Positions 18,486 through 28,294 of a stretch of 64,000 bases of DNA are shown here, in pieces. The notes under the pieces were generated by a model that saw only the letters and a program-made list of their open reading frames with translations, was not told where the DNA came from and searched no databases. Source of the stretch: Candidatus Dadabacteria bacterium (GTDB taxonomy: Bacteria; Desulfobacterota_D; UBA1144; Nemesobacterales; CSP1-2); assembly GCA_963805855.1 (NCBI GenBank), contig CAWDVW010000005.1, positions 64,001 through 128,000 on the forward strand, written 5' to 3'. Position 1 is the first letter of the stretch; each line of letters begins with the position of its first letter. The position numbers and the translations under genes were made by a program.

Positions 18486-19901
18486 TTACAATTCAGGCGC
18501 TGATTCCACCGTTTTTTCCGGCTCGAACTCGCCTGTATCAAACCAATAAAGAAGCTGTGCGGATAATTCATATTGATTCTTATTTAACTCCCCATCCTTC
18601 CTCAGGAAGTAAGGCTCATTGGCCCAATCCCATCTGAACTCTCCTCTCACTTCTAGGTTATCTAGATACTTACTGCCAATTGCAAGACCCTTAAATGGTC
18701 TTACCGCAAGCGTTGGCGTCAACTCGAAGAATTTCGTTGCAGATGAGTCGTTAGCAAATGTCCTGAATTGATTCCTATCCTTGAAGTACTCGCCCCTCAA
18801 AGTAAAATCCACCACATCTTTGTATAGATCAACTATTGCATAACCGGCAACTCCCCACCAGAAAGCCTGTTGATCGTTCAAGTCCAAATCAGCACTTGTG
18901 ATCCCCTGCTGCCATCCAAAGTCAGCATCAGCTACCAAAGTCAGTCTATCCATCAGTGTTACGGAGCCAACAACTGTCAACAGATTTCTCCAATCATCGT
19001 AAACAATTACATCGGGATCATCTTCAGATTCTTTTCCAAAATATCCCGTCAGTGCTACAGATGCCGCATTTAACCACGGAGTGATATCTTCCGTCCCAAG
19101 GGCGACCTGTGCTTCCAGTGTAAAATTCCCATCATCGTTCTTGACGGTATCCCACCCATTATTCATACCAAGATAAAAGTCAAGCGGACCGGCACCGTAG
19201 TGGGCTCTGATACCTGTGTGTGTAAAGGGTATGGCAAAACCAAAGAGTATTGAACGGCTGATATTAGGATCATTCCGTGCTTCGATAACCTCATAACCAG
19301 CGAGTGTAACAAATCTACCGGCATAAAAATCGATGCCGTTGCCCACAGGGGCAATCGCATGTATAAAGAGTTGATATGGACTTATCACATCGCTTTCCAA
19401 ACCAGCAGCAGACAATGGAGAAGCTTGTTCACCGAATAAAACATCGGCGCGAAAGCCTATCAAGTCCCAGACGTCATCACCGAGTACTGGATCTTTCGAA
19501 AGTGATAACGTAAATGCGTTGATGCTAAACTGGTTTTGATTCGGGTAAAGAGAACGTAATAGAATATCCTGGTCATTAGGTTGATGAAAAGCACCCTGAT
19601 AGGTGGTGTCCAAATAGAATCCGATTTTCAGGGATTTCCATAATTTTACGAGCGCATCGAGCTCTGTGTCATGTTCCTGCTGCTTTACATAGAGCTCTTC
19701 CACCCTTTTGTCATCAGCAGCTTTCTGTGATTCTAGTTGCTGAATCCTTTGTTTAAGTTCTTCATTCTCTCTCTGATTCTGTTCGATCATCCTTTTTAAG
19801 TCCTGTATCTCCTCTTTCATCGATTGTGCATGCGCTTTCAGACTCGACATCGGAAATAGAGGCAAAGCAATTATCAAGAACCATAATCTAAAAAGTTTCA
19901 T
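18486..19901 (-). CDS. Outer-membrane beta-barrel porin (OmpL-like/BBP2 type) with N-terminal coiled coil
   Basis: Signal peptide ending AHA, coiled coil, GRFVTLAGYEVI, NISRSILFGFAIPFTHTGIR, NGWD and RGEF motifs; downstream of amtB. Confidence 0.8.
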   Translation of the reverse strand: MKLFRLWFLIIALPLFPMSSLKAHAQSMKEEIQDLKRMIEQNQRENEELKQRIQQLESQKAADDKRVEELYVKQQEHDTELDALVKLWKSLKIGFYLDTTYQGAFHQPNDQDILLRSLYPNQNQFSINAFTLSLSKDPVLGDDVWDLIGFRADVLFGEQASPLSAAGLESDVISPYQLFIHAIAPVGNGIDFYAGRFVTLAGYEVIEARNDPNISRSILFGFAIPFTHTGIRAHYGAGPLDFYLGMNNGWDTVKNDDGNFTLEAQVALGTEDITPWLNAASVALTGYFGKESEDDPDVIVYDDWRNLLTVVGSVTLMDRLTLVADADFGWQQGITSADLDLNDQQAFWWGVAGYAIVDLYKDVVDFTLRGEYFKDRNQFRTFANDSSATKFFELTPTLAVRPFKGLAIGSKYLDNLEVRGEFRWDWANEPYFLRKDGELNKNQYELSAQLLYWFDTGEFEPEKTVESAPEL

Positions 19902-19937
19902 CTTGTCTCTCCTCCTCTTGCTTTATCAATTTTCTCT

Positions 19938-19982
19938 ATTGCCACCACCCTAATGAAAGGCGGATTTTAGGGTGGTGGCAAT
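19938..19982. other. Intergenic stem-loop with 16-bp perfect arms
   Basis: ATTGCCACCACCCTAA (19938-19953) / TTAGGGTGGTGGCAAT (19967-19982). Confidence 0.7.
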
Positions 19983-20031
19983 CGTTAAGGGTGTACTTCC
20001 TTTACTTTCATTTAATACGCTATTACCGATT

Positions 20032-21492
20032 TCATTTTGACACGCCAATCGATTCGCCCCTTTCAGCAACTCCCTGAAAGTCTGGATATGCTTCCATACC
20101 ATGCTCTCCGATATCGAGCCCGTAATGCTCTTCCTCCGGCGATACACGCACCCCCATAGTAACCTTTATTATCCCCCACCCTATCAACCCAACTCCAAGC
20201 GTGAACGCACCCACAGCCACCACTCCCACAAACTGCGCAAACAGAAGCTTCCCACCTCCCCCAAATAACAATCCATCTCCTGTTGTTCCAGGCATTATTA
20301 TGTCCTCCGCAAACAACCCAACCGCCAAGGTCCCCCATACACCGTTCATTAAATGCACCGTTAAAGCTCCTACCGGGTCGTCCAGCTTAACCCTGTCAAA
20401 AAATAACACTCCAAGGACAGCTAGCGCACCAGCTATCAGTCCTATGATCACCGAACTCCCGACACTCACGAATGCACACGGCGCTGTTATAGCCACAAGC
20501 CCACACAGACACCCATTCAATATCATTGACAGATCCGGCTTCCTGAGAAGTAACCAGGACACTATAGTCGCACTAAACGCCGCCGCAGCCGCAGCGCTGT
20601 TAGTCGTAACAGCTATCCTAGAAATATCATTCCACGCTGCTGCCATCGTGCTCCCCGGATTAAACCCGAACCATCCAAACCACAAAACGAACGCACCAAT
20701 AGTAGCTATAGTCATGCTATGGCCGGGTATAGGATGTACAGATCCGTCCTTCCCATATTTCCCAATCCTCGGACCAAGTACAATAACACCAGCCAGTGCA
20801 GCCCAGCCCCCTACTGAGTGAACAACTGTAGAACCCGCAAAGTCCCACATCCCGAGTCCCGCCAGCCAGCCCCCTCCCCAAATCCAGTGCCCAGTTATCG
20901 GGTACATTATCGCAATTATTATGAAGGAGAAAACTATGAATGACTTAAACTTTATCCTCTCCGCTACAGCCCCGGAAACGATCGTCGCCGCAGTCCCTGC
21001 AAATACAAGCTGAAAGAAAAACTTCGCCCACAGTGGCACTCCAGTCCAGCTTATCGCTGAATAAACACCCTGATAAGCTTCACCCGTCGCAGGACTGTTG
21101 TCGGCTCCACCTACAAATAGAAGCCCCTTTAACCCTAAAAACCCATTCCCATCTCCAAACATGATACCCCAGCCTATTATCCAAAACGCGAGTGAAGCAA
21201 TCGCAAAAACTATAAAATTCTTGGCCAGTATATTCACTGTGTTTTTTGCCCGACACAGACCCGACTCCACCATGCCGAAACCCAGATTCATAAAGAAAAC
21301 CAGAAATGCTGTAAACAGAACCCACACAGTGTCAGTCGCAATCTTTAAATCCGCTACCTGCTTCATAACATCTTCTAAACCACTTTCCTGAGCATGAACT
21401 CGAACTGAGCTTAGCAGCAGCAACAAAAACACCGATGATGGCACAACCATCATGTCCTTCACACTCCTTAATTTCAATGAATACCGCTTCAT
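20032..21492 (-). CDS. amtB: Ammonium transporter
   Basis: FFQLVFAGTAATIVSGAVAER, GHWIW, DFAGSTVVHSVGG, WFGWFGFNPGS, DDPVGALTVH; likely start 21492 after GGAGGA. Confidence 0.96.
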   Translation of the reverse strand: MKRYSLKLRSVKDMMVVPSSVFLLLLLSSVRVHAQESGLEDVMKQVADLKIATDTVWVLFTAFLVFFMNLGFGMVESGLCRAKNTVNILAKNFIVFAIASLAFWIIGWGIMFGDGNGFLGLKGLLFVGGADNSPATGEAYQGVYSAISWTGVPLWAKFFFQLVFAGTAATIVSGAVAERIKFKSFIVFSFIIIAIMYPITGHWIWGGGWLAGLGMWDFAGSTVVHSVGGWAALAGVIVLGPRIGKYGKDGSVHPIPGHSMTIATIGAFVLWFGWFGFNPGSTMAAAWNDISRIAVTTNSAAAAAAFSATIVSWLLLRKPDLSMILNGCLCGLVAITAPCAFVSVGSSVIIGLIAGALAVLGVLFFDRVKLDDPVGALTVHLMNGVWGTLAVGLFAEDIIMPGTTGDGLLFGGGGKLLFAQFVGVVAVGAFTLGVGLIGWGIIKVTMGVRVSPEEEHYGLDIGEHGMEAYPDFQGVAERGESIGVSK

Positions 21493-21532
21493 CCGACTTC
21501 CTCCTTTGAGAGGCATTTATATCGTGAATGGA

Positions 21533-21548
21533 TGCAATAGCTGTGCCA
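21533..21548 (-). promoter_or_regulatory. sigma54 (-24/-12) promoter of amtB
   Basis: Minus strand TGGCAC-AGCTA-TTGCA, near-consensus, about 40 bp upstream of the start. Confidence 0.8.
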
Positions 21549-21644
21549 TGGAGAAGAAAGAATAGTAATTCCCTGTGTTCATTAGATTTGACACACGGAA
21601 TCAAGAGATGCCTGAAACAATTTACGGAAGGAGAAAATGTTTAC

Positions 21645-21682
21645 TGCCTAGAAATTAAGCATACGAGACCTTTAATTAGGCA
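21645..21682. promoter_or_regulatory. Two NtrC-like enhancer sites
   Basis: TGCCTAGAAATTAAGCA (21645-21661) and AGACCTTTAATTAGGCA (21666-21682), 21 bp apart and ~100-130 bp upstream of the sigma54 site. Confidence 0.55.
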
Positions 21683-21873
21683 GCCAGATATCGATTTAGA
21701 GCATTAAAATTTTAAATATATCGGTAGAATCAAGCCCCTCAGGAAATTGCGAGTATTATTGAGGATGGTTTAATTATTCAACACAGATATTGGAATTTTT
21801 TTAAATATTATCTTGCGACACTACATACAATTTCTTAAAACAATTCGGCTTTTCCGCATTAAATTCTCCAGGG

Positions 21874-23247
21874 CTATTCAACTTCCAAACTCTTACCCCT
21901 AGTTTCAGGGAATGTTAATACCACAATCGCAGCTAAAACTGAAAATGCAGAAACTGTGACAAGAGCGGATCCATAGCCGTATTTTGCTGCTAAGAAACCG
22001 ACCAAAGGAGGGGCTACAGCTGAAACTCCTCTTCCAACGTTATAACAGAAACCCTGCGCAGTCCCCCTTGCGCGCGTAGGAAAAACTTCGGAGAAAATAG
22101 CGCCAAAGCCCGAATAAAATCCTGTGCCAAAAAAGCCGACAAAAAAACCGATAACAATAAAAGCGAACAATCGACTCACGTTAAAAAAATCAGCCAACTT
22201 TGTTACATGACCAAACAAATAGACAACAATTGCCATAGCAAGAAGATAAAAAACAAAAACCGGCCTCCTCCCAAAACGATCACTAATCCAACCAAATGTG
22301 TTGCAACCTATAAAAGCACCTATGTTTATAGGAATAATCCAAACAAAGCCCTTTTGACCAAACCCCACACCTCCCTCTTCAATTGGTTTTGCGATAAACT
22401 GGGGTATCCAGAAATAAAGACCCCAATAGGCGATCATGCACAGGCTTGTAAGGATGGTGGCAGAAACAGTATATTTCAAGAGATCGGGCTTGAAGATTTG
22501 ACTAAGCGTAAAACCACCAGATCCCTTTTTTAATTTCCCCTCTTTACGCATTTTCGAAGTTTTCTTCCAAATTTCAGGCTCTTCAAGATGTCTCCTAATG
22601 TATAAAACCAGAAGCGCAGGGGTGACACCTGCAAAGAAAAGGATCCTCCAACCAATATTGACACCATCCATATTCCCAAAAATAGGGACATGGTAAATGA
22701 CGCCCCTTTCAAAATACGGGATGATTAGAGTGGCGAGGAATGCCGCTAGTATATATCCTATCGCCCAACCGCTTTGCACCAATCCAATTCCCTTACCTCT
22801 ATGCTCCCTGGGCCACGTCTCAGCGACCAGAACTTCACCTGAAGCCCATTCTCCCCCCATACCCAGACCGAGAAACACACGGCAGGCCAGCAAGAAAGTT
22901 ACATTGGGAGAAAAACCGCTGAGTCCGGTGAACGCCGAATATATGAGTATTGTATAGGTAAGAGCACGAACTCTGCCTATATAATCGGATACTATCCCAA
23001 ATAACGCCCCACCAAACGCAGAAGCAAACAGGGTAACCGAAAAAAGAGTTCCTACTTCTGGAGGTGATAGATTAAATATTATCGCAATTTCTTCAACAGC
23101 AAAAGCAAAAAGCAGAAGATCCATTGCATCAAGAGCCCAACCGAGAAATGCGGCTAAAAAAGTTCTCCACTGGTGATTATTTATATCTTTATACCAATCT
23201 AATAGACCCGGCCTTGGTGGGCTAAATTCTGTTAGCTGATTACTCAT
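21874..23247 (-). CDS. MFS transporter (same subfamily as 9448..10716)
   Basis: GWALDAMD, SDYIGRV, GMGGEW, ETWPREHRG, DRFGRR and FPETRG motifs. Confidence 0.9.
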   Translation of the reverse strand: MSNQLTEFSPPRPGLLDWYKDINNHQWRTFLAAFLGWALDAMDLLLFAFAVEEIAIIFNLSPPEVGTLFSVTLFASAFGGALFGIVSDYIGRVRALTYTILIYSAFTGLSGFSPNVTFLLACRVFLGLGMGGEWASGEVLVAETWPREHRGKGIGLVQSGWAIGYILAAFLATLIIPYFERGVIYHVPIFGNMDGVNIGWRILFFAGVTPALLVLYIRRHLEEPEIWKKTSKMRKEGKLKKGSGGFTLSQIFKPDLLKYTVSATILTSLCMIAYWGLYFWIPQFIAKPIEEGGVGFGQKGFVWIIPINIGAFIGCNTFGWISDRFGRRPVFVFYLLAMAIVVYLFGHVTKLADFFNVSRLFAFIVIGFFVGFFGTGFYSGFGAIFSEVFPTRARGTAQGFCYNVGRGVSAVAPPLVGFLAAKYGYGSALVTVSAFSVLAAIVVLTFPETRGKSLEVE

Positions 23248-23378
23248 AATTCCCTCTCCGATAACAGTACAAGCAAAAATTCCATTCGACCATCCTACTA
23301 AATTTAAACTTTCGTGTCAATGACTCTTTTAGGGCTGTTGACTTGAAGATGTTATAGCGTTAAATTGTAAGGTAAGAG

Positions 23379-24680
23379 ATGAATAAAAGATTGTTATACA
23401 TCGAAACTTATGGTTGTCAGATGAATGAGTACGACTCTGACAGGATAAGGAAATGTATTGATTTAGAGATAACTCAGGATCCCGGAGAAGCCGATGTTGT
23501 TATCATCAATTCCTGTGCCATAAGACAAAAGGCTGATCAAAAGGCTTTCAGCAGTTTGGGAAGATTTAAGCACTTAAAAGCCAAGAACTCTAATCTAATA
23601 GTGGGAATTGCCGGATGTGTCGCTCAACTCTACGGAGATCAGCTCCTGAATAAGATCCCACATCTGGACTTCGTGTTGGGACCACGCGCAATTCCGAGAC
23701 TACCTGAACTCATAACTCAGATTGAAGACGAGAAAAAGAGGGGTGTCGAAACATCACTCGATTTAGAAGAGATTTTCGAAGTCGAACCTTATCATGAAAA
23801 TGGAAAGGTATCCGCATTCGTATCTGTGCAGCAAGGCTGTAATAAGGTGTGCTCTTACTGCATTGTGCCCTTTGTGAGAGGAAAAGAAATAAACAGGCCA
23901 TTAAAAGATATATTAAATGAAGCAACAAACTTAGTCACAAAAGGTGTAAGAGAAGTTACTTTTATAGGACAAACCGTGAATTCGTGGAAGGCCGACGGTT
24001 ACAAATTTGGCGATCTATTAAGAAAGATTGCGGAAATAGAAGGATTGCTTAGAATTCGCTTCACAACGTCATACCCCCGTGATGTGACTAAAAAGATGAT
24101 CTATGCCATGGCTGGGGCTCCAAAGGTATGTCGCCATATTCACCTTCCGGTTCAGTCCGGCTCAAACAGGATATTGTCGATGATGAAAAGAACTTATACA
24201 AAAGAATCATATTTAGATATAATAAGAACATTAAGAGAGTCGATCCCCGATATTGCAATAACAACAGATGTGATAGTCGGATTCCCTGGGGAATCGGAAA
24301 AGGATTTCGACGAAACCCTGGAGTTGATCAAAGAAGTGGAATTTGACACCAGCTTTTCTTTCAAATTTTCGCCGCGACCCGGAACACCAGCGGCCGAAAG
24401 CAACGAATTCGTACCAGAAATCATCTCAAACGAAAGATTGGCTATGGTACAAAAAATTCAAAGTGAAATCACAGTTCGCAAGAATCAAAAAAAGGTTGGA
24501 ACTTTAGAAGAGGTTCTGGTTGAGGGTGAAAGCAGAAATGATCCATCTTGGCAGTCTGGCAGGAACACCCATAATCAAGTAGTTAATTTCCCTGGACCAC
24601 TTAGCCTAAAAGGAAAAATAGTAAATGTGCGGATCTCTGAAGGTCTACAAAACTCCCTCAGGGGAGAATTGTTACAATAA
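23379..24680 (+). CDS. miaB: tRNA methylthiotransferase MiaB
   Basis: ETYGCQMNEYDS, NSCAIR, GCVAQ, CNKVCSYC radical-SAM motif, C-terminal TRAM domain. Confidence 0.95.
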   Translation: MNKRLLYIETYGCQMNEYDSDRIRKCIDLEITQDPGEADVVIINSCAIRQKADQKAFSSLGRFKHLKAKNSNLIVGIAGCVAQLYGDQLLNKIPHLDFVLGPRAIPRLPELITQIEDEKKRGVETSLDLEEIFEVEPYHENGKVSAFVSVQQGCNKVCSYCIVPFVRGKEINRPLKDILNEATNLVTKGVREVTFIGQTVNSWKADGYKFGDLLRKIAEIEGLLRIRFTTSYPRDVTKKMIYAMAGAPKVCRHIHLPVQSGSNRILSMMKRTYTKESYLDIIRTLRESIPDIAITTDVIVGFPGESEKDFDETLELIKEVEFDTSFSFKFSPRPGTPAAESNEFVPEIISNERLAMVQKIQSEITVRKNQKKVGTLEEVLVEGESRNDPSWQSGRNTHNQVVNFPGPLSLKGKIVNVRISEGLQNSLRGELLQ

Positions 24681-24699
24681 CAACTAACGGAGGTGTATC

Positions 24700-25176
24700 A
24701 TGATATTCGAAATGAAAGTCTCTGGCATAGCTTTAGATCCTTTTACAAACAGCCCAATTGTAATTCTCAAGGATCTCTCTGGAGAAAAAATACTTCCAAT
24801 CTGGATAGGCTTTATGGAAGCCAGTTCAATTGCAATGGAGCTTGAAAAAACACCAAGGGTTAGACCTTTAACGCACGACCTTATGAAAAATTTGTTGGAA
24901 AACTTGAATTTTTCTGTTTCAAGAGTCGAGGTAACTGATTTAAGAAACGACACGTTTTACGCAGAAATACATATAAAAAGGGAAAGCGAGGAATACACTC
25001 TAGATTCAAGGCCCAGCGATGCAATAGCCATTGCACTCAGGACAGGTTCAAGCATTTGGGTCAAAGACGAGGTTTTTGAAAAATCCAAGAAATTGGATTT
25101 CGATGAGAGTAAAGAAAAACTTACTGATCTTCTCGAGAAGATTCCACCAGGCGATTTTGGAAAATATAAGATGTAA
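24700..25176 (+). CDS. Bifunctional nuclease family protein (DUF151)
   Basis: LPIWIG, RPLTHDL and DSRPSDAIAIALR motifs. Confidence 0.9.
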   Translation: MIFEMKVSGIALDPFTNSPIVILKDLSGEKILPIWIGFMEASSIAMELEKTPRVRPLTHDLMKNLLENLNFSVSRVEVTDLRNDTFYAEIHIKRESEEYTLDSRPSDAIAIALRTGSSIWVKDEVFEKSKKLDFDESKEKLTDLLEKIPPGDFGKYKM

Positions 25177-26565
25177 TTATGAGTTTGCTTGAGATGTTTT
25201 AATTTCATGCTTTGATAACCTGTATCGTAGCGAACGCATTGATATACCGAGTCTTTTTGCCGCTTCCGTTTTGTTCCCCTTGCTTGCTTTTAGAGCATTA
25301 TCTATCAATTGCTTTTCGACATTATTGAGTACGGAAACCAAACCCATCTTTGAACAGTTATCGGTATCAAACTCCACCAAGTTTTTTCCATAAAAAAGAT
25401 TCGGTAATGTCTCGGGCAGAATCACATTAGTGTTTTCAAGCGCTATACACCTCACTATTATGTTTTCAAGCTCTCTTACATTTCCAGGAAACTGATAGCT
25501 CTCCAATATGCTAAGTGCAGTACGAGAAATATCATGAATATCCTTTCCCATCTCCTTCGAATGTTTATTAATGAAATGCAAAGCTAATAACGGTATATCC
25601 CCCTCACGTTCTCTCAAGGGTGGAAGTGATATCTTTATAACATTCAGTCTGTAGAACAGATCCTCGCGAAATTTACCATTTGATACCTCTTCCTCAATTC
25701 TCTTATTTGTAGCTGCAACCACTCTAATGTCAACTTTAGCATACTCAGATCCTCCCAAGGGTCTGATCCTTTTATCCTCTATTGCCCTCAGAAGCTTTAC
25801 TTGAAGGTGTAGCGACAAATCGCCGATCTCATCCAAAAAAATGGTGCCACCGTCGGCAACCTCGAAAAGTCCCTTTTTATCTCTAAGGGCTCCGGTAAAG
25901 GCTCCTCTTCTATGACCGAAAAGCTCACTCTCGATAAGGTACTCGGGAAGCGCACCACAGTTAACAGGGACGAACGGACCACCATGCCTTATCCCAATAT
26001 GGTGTATCGCCACAGCGACAAGCTCTTTACCCGTTCCGCTCTCGCCAGATATTATAACGTTTACATTCAGCTTTGATACTCTGTTAATAAGGTCGAAGAC
26101 CCTGAGCATGGAAGAACTATTGCCAATTATATGCCCAAAGCCGTATTTTCTCTCCATTTCCTTTTTCAATCTTAGACATTTGCGACTGTTCTTTTTCTTT
26201 TCAAGTGCCTCCTCTATTACCTTTTTCAATTCATTAATCTTGAACGGTTTTTCAATATAGTCGCAGGCGCCAAGTTTCATTGCTTCTAGAGCAGTTTCGT
26301 GTGAGGCGTATGCCGTAATCATTATTACGCTCGTTTCGGGGCTCTTTTCGTTGATTGTTCTCAGCACGTCTATCCCATTTATGGTTGGAACTACGATATC
26401 AAGAACAGCTAAGTCGTAAAGATTATTTTCCATCCTGTTAATCGCTTCATTACCGTCTGCCACAGTTTCAACCATATAGCCACTTTTGTTAAGTGCCATG
26501 CCCAGGAATTCTCTTATGCCCGGTTCATCGTCCACTACTATGATCCTGCTCGGTTCATTCCCCAT
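25177..26565 (-). CDS. pilR: sigma54-dependent response regulator, PilR-like
   Basis: Receiver (VVDDE, MITAYAS), GESGTGKE, GAFTGA, Fis-type HTH ending SLRYRL; follows pilC; likely start 26565. Confidence 0.85.
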   Translation of the reverse strand: MGNEPSRIIVVDDEPGIREFLGMALNKSGYMVETVADGNEAINRMENNLYDLAVLDIVVPTINGIDVLRTINEKSPETSVIMITAYASHETALEAMKLGACDYIEKPFKINELKKVIEEALEKKKNSRKCLRLKKEMERKYGFGHIIGNSSSMLRVFDLINRVSKLNVNVIISGESGTGKELVAVAIHHIGIRHGGPFVPVNCGALPEYLIESELFGHRRGAFTGALRDKKGLFEVADGGTIFLDEIGDLSLHLQVKLLRAIEDKRIRPLGGSEYAKVDIRVVAATNKRIEEEVSNGKFREDLFYRLNVIKISLPPLREREGDIPLLALHFINKHSKEMGKDIHDISRTALSILESYQFPGNVRELENIIVRCIALENTNVILPETLPNLFYGKNLVEFDTDNCSKMGLVSVLNNVEKQLIDNALKASKGNKTEAAKRLGISMRSLRYRLSKHEIKTSQANS

Positions 26566-27041
26566 GACTCGTCTCCGAATTGCGCAATCTGCTACCAATC
26601 CTTGATAGCCTTATTAATTTGATCCCTCAAGTATCAACTCAGGAAAGCAATTTAAAAACAACAAGATGACTAGAACCCATAAATATTATAGCTAATAGAA
26701 ATCTAAAAGTGCTCAGTTTTAATCGTTAATCAAAATTTTAGGGTCTGGGGCAAGTCGAAGGGCATAAGATTGGCTACAGGCATTAATCTTGGTCAAGGAC
26801 ACCCACTTTAGTCATGGATGATATTTCAAGACATTTTTATACTGAATAGAGAATGTAGCGACCGCTTCCACCGAACGGACATCATTCTCCCTTGTCGCTG
26901 AGTTCAGGTTGGACTCATTTCAGGCTCAGGGCGAAGTACAGTGCTTTACAAAGGCAAGGCGATAGCATGTAATCACCAGATTATTGTCCTAATGGCTTTT
27001 TTAGTGCTTTAGCAATCTAGATGGAAATTGCAATTCAAAAA

Positions 27042-28259
27042 TCAAGAAGCAAGTGTTGAGATAAGATGGAACATTGGTAGATACATAGCAATTACAATAA
27101 CCCCTACAGTAACTCCCAAAAATACGATGATTGCAGGCTCGAGCGCTGACATTAAGGCGGCTATGGCAACATCGACTTCATCGTCGTAAAAATCACCAAT
27201 CTTGTTAAGCATTTCTTCTAAACCGCCAGTTTGTTCTCCAACAGAAATCATCTGAACCACCATCGGTGTAAATATCTGAGGCCTTATTGAAAGCGGCTGG
27301 GCAAGCGTCTGTCCCTCGCTCACGCTCTTCCTCGCTTCCAGTATTGCCTCTTCAACGACTATATTACCCGATGCCTTTGAAGTTATTTCTAATCCATCCA
27401 AAATCGGAATACCCCCAGCTATAAGCGTAGCCAACGTCCTGGAAAACCTTGCAATAATTATTTTGAGCCTTAGGTCTCCCACTATCCACAGTTTTAGGAG
27501 AAAATTATCCAACATCCTCCTCACCCTGATCGAACGGCGATAGAGTAGGACTATCAATGTTGAAATAACTATAATTGATCCTATAATGAAGAGTATATTA
27601 GTCCTTGCAAAAAAACTGATGTTAATAACATACTGAGTAAGTACAGGAAGGGTCGTCCCCAAATCTTTGAAGACCTCAGCAAATGTGGGTACAACAAATA
27701 TTATTACAAGAGAAAGCACGAGTATAGCAACCAGTATTACAATCGCCGGATAAATTAAGGCACCCTTAACTCTTCTCTTAATCGCCTCCATCTTCTCTAA
27801 GTAAATCGCAAGTCTCAGAAGCACTATATCAAGGACACCACCCGCCTCGCCTGCCCTCGCCATGTTCACATATAGACCATCAAAAGCATTTGGATGCTTT
27901 GAAAGTGCATCGCCAAAAGCTGAACCACTTTCAACTTCTTCCTTAATCAAGGATATTATATTTTTAAATTTCGGGTTATTTTGTTGAGCGGATAAAACTT
28001 CTAACGACTTGACGAGCGGGAGCCCAGCGTCAATCATTGTAGCCAACTGCCTCGTAAAAACAACTAATTCTCTTGTCGAAACTCCGCCCAGCTGAATGTT
28101 GAAACTAAGAAATTTTCCCTTTTCCTTAACCCTGCTCGGTATGGGCTTAACCTGCATTTGCCTTAGGCGAGCAAGGACAGCAGATTTGCTTGGAGCTTCC
28201 ATCTCACCCTTCTGAATTTTCCCTCTTACAACTCCTTCCCAAGCGAAAACAGGCATCAC
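27042..28259 (-). CDS. pilC: Type IV pilus platform protein PilC
   Basis: FTRQLATMIDAGLPL, AGEAGGVLD, VGEQTG and AMYLPMF motifs. Confidence 0.95.
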   Translation of the reverse strand: MMPVFAWEGVVRGKIQKGEMEAPSKSAVLARLRQMQVKPIPSRVKEKGKFLSFNIQLGGVSTRELVVFTRQLATMIDAGLPLVKSLEVLSAQQNNPKFKNIISLIKEEVESGSAFGDALSKHPNAFDGLYVNMARAGEAGGVLDIVLLRLAIYLEKMEAIKRRVKGALIYPAIVILVAILVLSLVIIFVVPTFAEVFKDLGTTLPVLTQYVINISFFARTNILFIIGSIIVISTLIVLLYRRSIRVRRMLDNFLLKLWIVGDLRLKIIIARFSRTLATLIAGGIPILDGLEITSKASGNIVVEEAILEARKSVSEGQTLAQPLSIRPQIFTPMVVQMISVGEQTGGLEEMLNKIGDFYDDEVDVAIAALMSALEPAIIVFLGVTVGVIVIAMYLPMFHLISTLAS

Positions 28260-28294
28260 TAAACTCCTATAATTCGAGATCTCTCTGAATAATT

